From Candidatus Micrarchaeota archaeon (GTDB lineage Archaea > Micrarchaeota > Micrarchaeia > Norongarragalinales > UBA97), in NCBI GenBank assembly GCA_038046065.1, contig JBBSWX010000052.1, forward strand, positions 1-36,774: a stretch of DNA of 36,774 nucleotides, read 5' to 3'. The notes beneath the pieces were generated by a model. That model did not search any database. It had not been told where the DNA came from and saw only the letters and a program-made list of their open reading frames with translations. Positions 1-7,237 of this stretch are shown here, piece by piece. How positions within the stretch are numbered: the first letter of the stretch is position 1; every line of letters begins with the position of its first letter. The position numbers and the translations under genes were made by a program.

Positions 1-101
1 CGGCGTGCAACTAGGCGGGGAGGTTGCCGTGGAAGGCGCGCATTGCTTCTGAAGACACAGTTAAAAGCACTTTGTTGCCTCTAGTATCGTTAGGTGTGCT
101 G

Positions 102-728
102 ATGAAGTTTTGGCGGGTGAGGACGCTCGCGTCCGTAATCGGGCTGGCGTTCCTCTTGCTGTTGGCGTTAGTACTCTACCCGCATCAGGGGGTGCCTTCC
201 CAGCAGGATGCCGTGCGGTACGTTCTTGAGGATTTGAAGGCCGATTCGGCGTTCTCCGGCAGGGACGTGCTTCATTCGGTTTTTTTGGCAAGCTATTCGA
301 ACGCGACTGGCCAGTGGACGGTTGTCGTGAAGGTGACCGAATCGCCGCATTCGCAGTGCCCGCGCGTGCTCGTAAGGACTTACAACCTTCTCCCGATACG
401 CAAGGGCGTTGACAAGGTTGCAGCGGCCTACTGTTCCCTCGGAAAGCCCATAGCTTACGCCGAGGAGGCAATCTCGGCGACGAGGCGTGACGCCGACGTC
501 ACTTCGCTCGTCAGGTCTGGCGCGAGTGCGTGCGGCTATTCACTGCCCCTATCACCGGGCGAAGTGTTTTTCTACTGCCCCGATTCGGATTTAGGCGGGT
601 TGCAGCAGGCCGTCGCAAGCTTCAGTCCCGAGGCGCGCTGGGCGGTCGAGTGGCGTTCGCAAGGCGGTTCACTCGTGCTCGGAGTGGACTCTAACGGCAA
701 CATAGTTTCGCGCGGCACAATCTCGTAA
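102..728 (+). CDS. exported or membrane-anchored hypothetical protein
   Basis: Same frame as track ORF 24..728. The ATG at 102 gives MKFWRVRTLASVIGLAFLLLLALVLYP, a basic n-region followed by a hydrophobic helix. The rest is soluble and contains Cys. No family recognised. Confidence 0.5.
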   Translation: MKFWRVRTLASVIGLAFLLLLALVLYPHQGVPSQQDAVRYVLEDLKADSAFSGRDVLHSVFLASYSNATGQWTVVVKVTESPHSQCPRVLVRTYNLLPIRKGVDKVAAAYCSLGKPIAYAEEAISATRRDADVTSLVRSGASACGYSLPLSPGEVFFYCPDSDLGGLQQAVASFSPEARWAVEWRSQGGSLVLGVDSNGNIVSRGTIS

Positions 729-796
729 ATGCCGTTCTTCATAGATGGCGCGCTGGGCGTTTGGCGGCTATATTAGTTCGCGCGAAGTTCTGGGCT

Positions 797-985
797 TCAG
801 ATTACCATTATCAATATTCCCAGCACTAGCAGGATAAGGCCTATCCACGCTATGCCCCCTATGACGAGGCCGTTCACCAGCAGGGACGTGATGCTTCCCG
901 AGAATGCGAATGTAAGCGTCAGGGCCAGTACTATTACGCCTGCGGCGAGGCTTGCGATTCCAGCTTTGTTGACTTGCACGTTCAT
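797..985 (-). CDS. small two-helix membrane protein
   Basis: Internal ATG (985) of track ORF 797..1036, preceded by GGGGGG. MNVQVNKAGIASLAAGVIVLALTLTF...GLILLVLGILIMVI forms two hydrophobic helices. Confidence 0.45.
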   Translation of the reverse strand: MNVQVNKAGIASLAAGVIVLALTLTFAFSGSITSLLVNGLVIGGIAWIGLILLVLGILIMVI

Positions 986-1041
986 CCCCCCACTAATGCC
1001 GTCCGGCGCTGCGTCATTGCAATGCCGTCTGCCCACAACTG

Positions 1042-1049
1042 TTTTATAT
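1042..1049 (+). promoter_or_regulatory. TATA-like box in the divergent intergenic region ahead of the pilin operon
   Basis: TTTTATAT lies about 36 nt upstream of ATG 1085. GAGG lies between the box and the start codon. Confidence 0.35.
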
Positions 1050-1084
1050 GCGCCTTAATTAATTGATTCGGTTGAGGCTGTCGA

Positions 1085-1288
1085 ATGGATGATTCTGCGC
1101 AGGGTGCGGTAGAGTATACGCTGCTGGTGGCCGGCGTGCTTCTGATAGTCATCGCGGTGGTCGTGATGTTGCGCAACACCGTGCTTCCGTCGGCGCGCGA
1201 CCAGCTTAACGATAGCTTGGGCAGCTACCGCAATGTCGTCAGCCTTAATTGCACGGGGCCGAAGGGCGCGTGCTACAACCTCGGGTGA
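1085..1288 (+). CDS. class III signal peptide protein (archaeal type IV pilin-like), small
   Basis: N-terminus MDDSAQG/AVEYTLLVAGVLLIVIAVVVML has a short charged leader, a Q-x-x-x-E-[FY]-x-L-L motif (DUF361-like) and a hydrophobic helix. Confidence 0.75.
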   Translation: MDDSAQGAVEYTLLVAGVLLIVIAVVVMLRNTVLPSARDQLNDSLGSYRNVVSLNCTGPKGACYNLG

Positions 1289-1294
1289 AAGCAT

Positions 1295-1465
1295 TTGGAT
1301 GACTGCGCGCAGGTTTCTACCGAGTACCTGCTGTTGATTGCCGTGGGTCTCGCGGTGATACTCGCGGCCATCGGCCTCACGCTGCAGCTACGCAACCTCG
1401 GAGACCTAGTGTCCGCCCGCATGCGCCAAGACCGCAACTCTACGCTCGCGCTAATCTCCCGGTGA
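1295..1465 (+). CDS. class III signal peptide protein (pilin-like), 56 aa, absent from the ORF track
   Basis: Hand translation from TTG 1295 gives (M)DDCAQVSTEYLLLIAVGLAVILAAIGLTLQLRNLGDLVSARMRQDRNSTLALISR*. It is a paralog of the preceding gene (DD-x-AQ...EY-LL). Confidence 0.55.
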   Translation: MDDCAQVSTEYLLLIAVGLAVILAAIGLTLQLRNLGDLVSARMRQDRNSTLALISR

Positions 1466-1478
1466 GTTATTAATTCGA

Positions 1479-2201
1479 GTGCGCGTTATCCCTTTCATGC
1501 ACCCTGCGTTGCTTGCCGCCGCGTTGGCCTTTGCCGTTGCCGCGTCGTTCTTCGATTTGCGCGAACGCCGCATTCCCAACGCGCTTAACTTTGCGGCAGG
1601 CGCGCTTGCCGCCGCTGCGGCCGTTGCTTCCGGCGCGGAGATGATTCCGTTTGCCTTGTTCTCGTTGTTTTCATTCATTTTCGCTTACGCTCTCTACAAG
1701 CTTGGCGCGTGGGCGGGTGGTGATGCGAAGTTTTTCACCGCGTTATGCATGCTGCTTGGCGTAGAGTCGCAGGCGCTCCTGTTCGTGCCGGCGCTCTTCC
1801 TCATTTCCGTTGCGGTTTCCTTGCCGTTCATACTGCTGGGAGGGGTCGTGTTGCGCAAGTCCATTCCCATTTCGCAACTGCGGCCGGGAATGGTGCCTGT
1901 CAATTCTTACTACCGCGTTTCAGGCAGGCTAGTGGAGTGGGAGCCCGCAAACCCAGTGCGCATTGCGGCATCAGCGCTTTCCGGCAGTACCGTGCTGCTT
2001 TCCCCGCCTGCAGGCGTGCTTGTTGCTTCCGCAGCGCGTGCGCGCGGCCTTTCTCCCGCAGAGGTAACTGCCTTAAAGAAGGCTGGCGTAAAGGTTTTGC
2101 AAGTGCGGCGCACGGTCTCGTTCGCGCCTGCGCTTGCGGTTGCATTCGCCTTGATGGCGTTCGGTGTTGCGCAATGGGTTGCCGCGGTCAAGTTGGCATA
2201 G
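1479..2201 (+). CDS. prepilin/preflagellin peptidase, A24 aspartyl protease family (FlaK/PibD/EppA-like)
   Basis: Polytopic protein with both catalytic Asp motifs, FFDLRERRIPN and AWAGGDAKFF. It sits inside the pilin cluster. The start could be GTG 1479 or ATG 1497. Confidence 0.85.
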   Translation: MRVIPFMHPALLAAALAFAVAASFFDLRERRIPNALNFAAGALAAAAAVASGAEMIPFALFSLFSFIFAYALYKLGAWAGGDAKFFTALCMLLGVESQALLFVPALFLISVAVSLPFILLGGVVLRKSIPISQLRPGMVPVNSYYRVSGRLVEWEPANPVRIAASALSGSTVLLSPPAGVLVASAARARGLSPAEVTALKKAGVKVLQVRRTVSFAPALAVAFALMAFGVAQWVAAVKLA

Positions 2202-2611
2202 AGTTCCTCCTGGTGTTATCGTTCATGCTTGCCTTGACTGCAGTGCTGCTGGGCTCGGCGGAAGCCCACTTTCGCGCGGCGGAGTCGCTTGACAAGGCTG
2301 CGTTGTGCAAAGCCGCGCTCGACTCCACGGCTTCGCTTATTAACCACGCCTTTCTTTCCGGCAGGGGCACGCGCGTGAGTTCCGAATTGTTCATTCCCGA
2401 CGGTTCGGTGTGCTTTATCATCAACTCCTCGTTCTCTCCGCCAGTGCTTCAGTGCGATGCTGACGCGTTGCTTTCCCGCCGCGTGGAAAGCCGGGGCTTG
2501 AGGACTGCTGCAGTTTCCTTTTCCGCGTCCTGCCCGGTTTCAGGGTGGTTGCGCGTGACTGCGGTTAACAACGGTAATTCGGTGAGCGTGACTTGCGCCA
2601 AGCTGAACTGA
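2174..2611 (+). CDS. class III signal peptide protein (pilin-like)
   Basis: Only the last 145 codons of track ORF 1745..2611 make sense. ATG 2174 gives MGCRGQ/VGIEFLLVLSFMLALTAVLLG. It overlaps the end of the peptidase gene by 28 nt. Confidence 0.65.
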   Translation: MGCRGQVGIEFLLVLSFMLALTAVLLGSAEAHFRAAESLDKAALCKAALDSTASLINHAFLSGRGTRVSSELFIPDGSVCFIINSSFSPPVLQCDADALLSRRVESRGLRTAAVSFSASCPVSGWLRVTAVNNGNSVSVTCAKLN

Positions 2612-2979
2612 ACTCGCGGGGCCAGGCGGCTTCGGACTACCTCCTCGTAGTTGCGATAATCCTGGCCGTGATAGTCGCGGTCGTATTGCCTTTGTTGTCA
2701 CAAGCCGAGATTTCCGTTGCGTTGGCTGCCGCGCGTTCTGGCGCAGGCTCGTTCGCCGCGAAGAATTCTTTCACGCTCGCATCGATGGACTATGTCGTTT
2801 CGGGCAACGTCGTGACTTTCACGCCAGCGTTATACTCGACGGGTGCGAGGGTTGCCGGCGGTCGGCAGTTGCAGCTTGCAGTGCTTTCCTCCGTTTCCGC
2901 CGTGTTCACGCCGGGCGTTGCAGTGGCTGGGGATTGCGTGCAGGGGCTTTACAACCGTTATTGCGTTGGGGGAGGTTAA
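2593..2979 (+). CDS. class III signal peptide protein (pilin-like)
   Basis: The TTG start gives MRQAELNSRGQ/AASDYLLVVAIILAVIVAVVL. Confidence 0.7.
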   Translation: MRQAELNSRGQAASDYLLVVAIILAVIVAVVLPLLSQAEISVALAAARSGAGSFAAKNSFTLASMDYVVSGNVVTFTPALYSTGARVAGGRQLQLAVLSSVSAVFTPGVAVAGDCVQGLYNRYCVGGG

Positions 2980-2983
2980 AGAC

Positions 2984-3343
2984 TTGCGGAGGCTTTTATT
3001 GGCGTGCATAGCATCCGCCGTGGTGGGCCTTGCCGTGCTCGTTGCAGTGATGCTTTACTACGGGCCGGCGCGCGTGTTTGCTTTCGAGCTTGTCGAGAAC
3101 GACGGCAGGCTCGTTACCGTTTCGGGTACGGTTGAGGCCGCGCCAGCGGGGTTTCCGTGGCGCGTTACTGCCTGCGATTTGGTTTGCTTCACGGCGGTTG
3201 CGCCCGCCAAGCTCGCCTCGCGCACGCCGCCTCCTGCGCTGAAGCGCGGGGATTTTATTTCCGTCACTGGCTTCGTGCGCACTGGCGGCAGCCTGCCTGA
3301 AGTGATGTTGGCTGGCGAGGATTCGTTGGCAGTGGTGCGGTGA
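2984..3343 (+). CDS. N-terminally anchored membrane protein, beta-rich ectodomain
   Basis: In-frame TTG 2984 within track ORF 2843..3343, preceded by GGGGGAGGT. (M)RRLLLACIASAVVGLAVLVAVMLYYG is the anchor. No G/Q cleavage motif, so it is not called a pilin. Confidence 0.45.
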   Translation: MRRLLLACIASAVVGLAVLVAVMLYYGPARVFAFELVENDGRLVTVSGTVEAAPAGFPWRVTACDLVCFTAVAPAKLASRTPPPALKRGDFISVTGFVRTGGSLPEVMLAGEDSLAVVR

Positions 3344-4509
3344 ACGTGTTATCTTCACTTGCGCTTGGTTTTCTCGCGGGTTTGTTGGGGGTCATTCCAT
3401 TCGCGAGCATCAACCTCGCAGTCGCGTTCTTCGGCAGGCTACCTGCAGTATTCTCGTCAAGCGTGTTTTTTGCCGCAATGGCCGCGTCGCACGCTGCCGT
3501 CGAGCTCGCGCCCGCAGTGCTGTTGGCGTGGCCTTCGCAATCGGGTTTGTTAAGTTACCCCGCGCGCCTGCTTGGCCGGGGTGGTGCTGCAGGCGTTTTT
3601 CGTTTCATAGCCGAGCACGCGTTGGTGGGTTTGGTTGCAGCTGCGCTAGTCCTGCCGGTTTATTTGTTTGCCGCGCCGGGCTTCGAGGCGTTGCTCTCGC
3701 ATTATTCCGGCTGGTTGTTGTTGGCGGTTGTTGCCGTGTTCCTGCTGCGCGAGCGCACTCTTGCGGGCGCGTTGGTGGGTGCGTTCGCCTTCGCGGCGTG
3801 CGGCTTGCTGGGCGCGCTCGTTTTCATTTCAGGTGTGCGCGAGCCGTTGTTCCCGCTGCTGGCGGGATTGTTCGGCGTGCCTGCCGTGCTCGCTCTCTCT
3901 GCTGGCGAGGTGCGGCCTGTCGCCGGGGGGTTCAGGCTGAAATTGGCGTTGTTGGGAGTCTTGCTGGGCGCGGTGGGAAACCTCGTGCCTGCGGTTACGC
4001 CTGCTTTGCTTGCGTGCCTGGCATTCCTTTTTCTTGAGGAGAAGCCTGAAGAGTTCTTGGCGCTTAATGCGAGCATAATCTTTTCGCGCCTGTTGTTCGA
4101 CCTTGCGGGCAGCATGGTTCTCATGCCGCCCCGGTCGGTGTCGTCAGTTGCCGCCGCGTCGAGCGTGGTTGCGGCGGATTTCTGGGGCGCGTTGGCAGTT
4201 GGTGCAGTGGTGGTTGTTTCCGCGGCCCTCGCGTTGTGCCTTTCGACAGTTTTGTTTTCGCGCCTCGAGGCGCTTTCCAAGCTTTTCTTCAAGCCGGGGT
4301 TGAGGGCGGTGGTGCTTGCTATCGTGGCGTGCGGCGTGCTGGCCATCTCGGGGTGGCTGGGGTTGCTGGTGTTTGCGGTGAGCGCGAGTTTCGGTTTGTG
4401 CCTTTCCATTGGCAGGGCGCGCCAGTCTTACGCGGCCGGCTCGCTCGTCGTGCCTTCGCTCCTGCATTTCTTCGGCTTTTCCTTCGCGTTCTTTTCGGTG
4501 CTCTTCTGA
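3340..4509 (+). CDS. polytopic integral membrane protein (possibly TctA/DUF112-like, tentative)
   Basis: 389 aa, almost entirely hydrophobic helices. There is an internally repeated G-x-L-x-G-x-x-P pattern (LGFLAGLLGVIPFA and LLGVLLGAVGNLVPAV). The GTG start overlaps the upstream stop. Confidence 0.6.
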   Translation: MNVLSSLALGFLAGLLGVIPFASINLAVAFFGRLPAVFSSSVFFAAMAASHAAVELAPAVLLAWPSQSGLLSYPARLLGRGGAAGVFRFIAEHALVGLVAAALVLPVYLFAAPGFEALLSHYSGWLLLAVVAVFLLRERTLAGALVGAFAFAACGLLGALVFISGVREPLFPLLAGLFGVPAVLALSAGEVRPVAGGFRLKLALLGVLLGAVGNLVPAVTPALLACLAFLFLEEKPEEFLALNASIIFSRLLFDLAGSMVLMPPRSVSSVAAASSVVAADFWGALAVGAVVVVSAALALCLSTVLFSRLEALSKLFFKPGLRAVVLAIVACGVLAISGWLGLLVFAVSASFGLCLSIGRARQSYAAGSLVVPSLLHFFGFSFAFFSVLF

Positions 4510-4542
4510 AGCGTTAAAAAAACAGGGGGGTGTAACAACTTT

Positions 4543-4974
4543 ATGCGCGTTGTGGTGCGAGGGCAGGTTTCCCTAGAGTTCTTCCTAATCATAGCCTTGT
4601 TTCTGGTATTCGCCTTGTGGCTCTACAACTTTCACGGCGTGTTTGCCGAAGGCGTTTATTCCTCCGGATTGGCTTACCAGCAACGCATGGTGGCCTCGTC
4701 AGTCGCCCGCCTTGCCGGTGCGGCTTGCTTGAATGGCTTGAACCTTTCCTTCCAATTGCCGTGCCTCTCGCGGGGCGCGCCCGTGCCTTTCAAGGTGCTT
4801 GCGCATAATTCTTCGCGGGTGAGCGTCTCCACGCTGGAAGGCGATGCAGTCGGCCTTTCCGCCTGCCGCGTTGAAGCAGATTTCGTGGCCGGCTGCAGCG
4901 GCGGCGTGGGCGAGTGGGCGTGCTTCAGCGCCAATAATTCTCGAGTTGCAATCTTGCGGGGGCGTTGCGGTTGA
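4543..4974 (+). CDS. class III signal peptide protein (pilin-like)
   Basis: MRVVVRGQ/VSLEFFLIIALFLVFALWLY, with GGGGGGTG upstream of ATG 4543. The protein has several Cys and N-x-S/T sequons. Confidence 0.75.
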   Translation: MRVVVRGQVSLEFFLIIALFLVFALWLYNFHGVFAEGVYSSGLAYQQRMVASSVARLAGAACLNGLNLSFQLPCLSRGAPVPFKVLAHNSSRVSVSTLEGDAVGLSACRVEADFVAGCSGGVGEWACFSANNSRVAILRGRCG

Positions 4975-5345
4975 GGCAAGGATATTTGCGGTTGAAGCAA
5001 GGGTCGCGGTTGAAGGGCCAGTTGTTGAGCGGCGATCTCGTCGTGGGCGTTGCGCTCGCTTGCCTCAGCATTGGCTTGCTGGTGCAGTTGGCAGAGTTTT
5101 CTCAGCGGTCGTGGGCTTCTGCCGCAGCCCTCTCCTCGCAGGATGCAGACTTGCTTGCGCAGGCGATGGTTGACGGCTTTCCGTTGGCGAACTTGACCGC
5201 AAGCCGTTTTTGTTTCGAGTATTCTAACGGCACGGGCAACTGCACGGGCTTCTCCTGCCCTGGTGACGCGCTTGTTGCCCAGCGGGTGGCAGCGTGCAGT
5301 AGCCATCCTAGTTACTGCCGGCTTGAGGTGACTGCCTGCCGGTGA
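4965..5345 (+). CDS. class III signal peptide protein (pilin-like), start ambiguous (4965 to 5010)
   Basis: ..SRLKGQ/LLSGDLVVGVALACLSIGLLVQL. Five in-frame TTG codons lie in a triplicated 15-nt repeat. TTG 5010 would give an MKG leader like the next two genes. Confidence 0.55.
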   Translation: MRLRQGYLRLKQGSRLKGQLLSGDLVVGVALACLSIGLLVQLAEFSQRSWASAAALSSQDADLLAQAMVDGFPLANLTASRFCFEYSNGTGNCTGFSCPGDALVAQRVAACSSHPSYCRLEVTACR

Positions 5346-5725
5346 AGGGTTTCTTGCTTTCCACGGACGGGCTGCTGGCGCTCCTAATCGCCACCGCGGC
5401 TTTCTACGTAGTAATAATGCCGCACGACGGGGGTTACGCGCGGCTTTACGCACGCCAGGCCATTGCGCGCGATTATCTCGACATTCTCGCGTCAACCAAT
5501 TCTTCCGTAACGCCGGAAGAGTTTTCCGGCGTGGCGCTCGCGCTGGTTTCCAACGTCGCCCCTGCTTCGGGCGAGTGGCTTGGTGTAGAGAAGTTCGTCT
5601 ACCCGCGGCCAGCAGGCTGCGCGAATTCATCAGCCTGCTCTTTTTCCAACTCTAGTTCCGCGGGGGGCTATTTGCGGGTTCAAGACATCGTTTCGAGTTA
5701 CGTTAACCGGGCGTGGGTGCAATGA
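5342..5725 (+). CDS. class III signal peptide protein (pilin-like)
   Basis: GTG start, MKG/FLLSTDGLLALLIATAAFYVV. GGTGA lies 10 nt upstream. N-x-S/T sequons and Cys occur in the C-terminal part. Confidence 0.6.
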   Translation: MKGFLLSTDGLLALLIATAAFYVVIMPHDGGYARLYARQAIARDYLDILASTNSSVTPEEFSGVALALVSNVAPASGEWLGVEKFVYPRPAGCANSSACSFSNSSSAGGYLRVQDIVSSYVNRAWVQ

Positions 5726-6258
5726 GGGGCTTCGCTTCCATCATAATCGCGGCAATGGTTCTCGCCCTTTCGGTGGCTACTGTCGGAATGCAGCTCGCTG
5801 CGGGCGCGGAGCTAGATTCGCTGAACGCCAAGTTCGAGGCTGACCAGGTGGGCTGGAGGCATGCGGACGCGCGCGCCTTCTATTCCGCTGCCGTCACGGA
5901 CGTGGTTGTCGACTCGGCTTACTACGCGTGCGGCTGCGGCGTGAACGCGCCATCCAACTTCAACAATTCCTTGGCGGCGCTCTTGCCAATTTACTTCCAG
6001 AACTCATCCCGCGCCCTATCTACGCGCGCCGTCACGGTGAACGCCTCGCTCTTGGGGCTTCCATCAGTGGGGCTGGGAAGCTGCAATTCCACCTTCAGCT
6101 TTTCATTCAACTACACCGTTACGGCCAACTCGTCGAACGCCCGCAAGTTTTCAGTGGTGAACGAGTCGCGCGCAGTAACGCTCTTCAAGAACTCCACCGC
6201 GCTCGCCGTGAACGCAACTGGCGGCATTCCATTGCGGCTAATCGTCACCTGCGGGTAG
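5722..6258 (+). CDS. class III signal peptide protein (pilin-like), heavily sequon-decorated
   Basis: ATG 5722 (inside track ORF 5713..6258) gives MRG/FASIIIAAMVLALSVATVGM. I counted nine N-x-S/T sequons by hand. Confidence 0.6.
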   Translation: MRGFASIIIAAMVLALSVATVGMQLAAGAELDSLNAKFEADQVGWRHADARAFYSAAVTDVVVDSAYYACGCGVNAPSNFNNSLAALLPIYFQNSSRALSTRAVTVNASLLGLPSVGLGSCNSTFSFSFNYTVTANSSNARKFSVVNESRAVTLFKNSTALAVNATGGIPLRLIVTCG

Positions 6259-6280
6259 CCTTTTGCATCAACCCTCTCCT

Positions 6281-6290
6281 TTTTAAATAA
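6281..6290 (+). promoter_or_regulatory. TATA box for the Tyr-rich protein gene
   Basis: TTTTAAATAA sits in an AT-rich spacer about 60 nt upstream of ATG 6352. GGGGGG lies just before the start codon. Confidence 0.45.
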
Positions 6291-6351
6291 GTAACTGCAT
6301 AGTAGTAACATTAAATAGTTGTTTGGCGGCCGTGTGGCCGGGGGGATTCCA

Positions 6352-7146
6352 ATGTCGCTTTCCAAGATTGCCGGGCTTGCCGGCGTTGCCGTGTCCGTTC
6401 TTTTGCTTTTGGCTGCGTTCACCCCCACTGCCGGTGCGTACACGCCTGCAGCGTTCTCGCATGCTAGCGCTTCTCAAATCTCCAACGTGCGTGGCGCTAA
6501 CGGCTATTACTCTCCCTCTTTCAGTGACATGAAGTTCGCCAGCAACCCTTGGCAGGCTGGCAAGAGCATCTGGTGCGACGGTGGCCAGAGCAAGTACCGC
6601 TCGGGTTGCGTGGGCAGCGATTATTATGATTACGGCTCGTGGTCGCAGAACGGCTATTGCAGCGCGAAGGTATCTCACAACGACTACCGCTGCACTGGCG
6701 GCGTGTACGCCTACCCGTCAACTTCGGGCAGCTACGATTCGGGCAACTACGATTCGAGCCGCTACAGTTCCGGCACTTATTCCTCGCCTCGCGCTTCCGA
6801 CTCGAGCTTCGATTACTTCCAAAGCGGTTCAGGCAGTTCCAGCGCTTCGGGTTACGCCCGCACTGACTTTACTGGCGGCATAAGTAACAACTTCAACTCG
6901 TACTCTTACGTCAACTCGTTCAATGAGGATTCGTTCAACACCAATACTTACTCTTACGACTACAACGATGGCTATGGCAACTACGGCTATGGAAATTGCG
7001 GTTACGGCAACTGCGGGTACAGCAACTGCGGTTATTACGGCTGTGGCAATTCCTACTACTCGCTTGCGCCTTACTCGTACGCGTACTACTCGTACTCCGG
7101 CTATTCCACCAAGCCGTCCTATTACCTTTACTATTACCGCAGCTGA
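6352..7146 (+). CDS. secreted Tyr/Gly/Ser/Asn-rich low-complexity protein with GYGN(C/Y)GY repeats
   Basis: ATG 6352 gives the signal peptide MSLSKIAGLAGVAVSVLLLLAAFTPTAGA/YTP. The C-terminal half reads ...DGYGNYGYGNCGYGNCGYSNCGYYGCGNSYYSLAPYSYAYYSYSGYSTKPSYYLYYYRS. Confidence 0.7.
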   Translation: MSLSKIAGLAGVAVSVLLLLAAFTPTAGAYTPAAFSHASASQISNVRGANGYYSPSFSDMKFASNPWQAGKSIWCDGGQSKYRSGCVGSDYYDYGSWSQNGYCSAKVSHNDYRCTGGVYAYPSTSGSYDSGNYDSSRYSSGTYSSPRASDSSFDYFQSGSGSSSASGYARTDFTGGISNNFNSYSYVNSFNEDSFNTNTYSYDYNDGYGNYGYGNCGYGNCGYSNCGYYGCGNSYYSLAPYSYAYYSYSGYSTKPSYYLYYYRS

Positions 7147-7192
7147 AGAATCACAGTTGAAGGGCGCTAAAGCGATTGCAGGCACTGCCACG

Positions 7193-7212
7193 TTTTTTCA
7201 AAAGGGGTTTTT
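7193..7212 (+). terminator. oligo-T tracts (archaeal-type terminator)
   Basis: cgTTTTTTcaaaaggggTTTTT lies about 45 nt after stop 7146. Confidence 0.3.
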
Positions 7213-7237
7213 AAGAGCCCGCAACTAACAGGTACGC

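Noticed and set aside
1745-2173. N-terminal 143 codons of track ORF 1745..2611
   Set aside because: This part overlaps the prepilin peptidase gene in another frame and encodes Arg/Ala/Cys-rich nonsense. Only the part from ATG 2174 has a pilin-type N-terminus.
2984-4509. ComEC-like DNA-uptake channel (OB-like protein plus polytopic membrane protein) or FlaJ/PilC platform
   Set aside because: I could not find the ComEC competence-domain signature (..SGLH..-type motif) or a metallo-beta-lactamase domain. The membrane protein also lacks the cytoplasmic helical domains of T2SS-F/FlaJ proteins. The idea is attractive but unsupported.
4674-5630. 318-aa minus-strand ORF antisense to three pilin-like genes
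   Set aside because: It has Arg/Pro/Ala-rich composition, no start context and no motifs. It is the mirror frame of well-supported plus-strand genes in GC-rich DNA, which is a typical shadow ORF.
6581-7228. Alternative-frame ORFs over the Tyr-rich gene (6581..6883, 6829..7191 minus, 6923..7228)
   Set aside because: They are repeat-induced open frames (Thr/Ala/Ile or Val/Ala runs). Only frame 6352..7146 has a promoter, a ribosome-binding site and a signal peptide.
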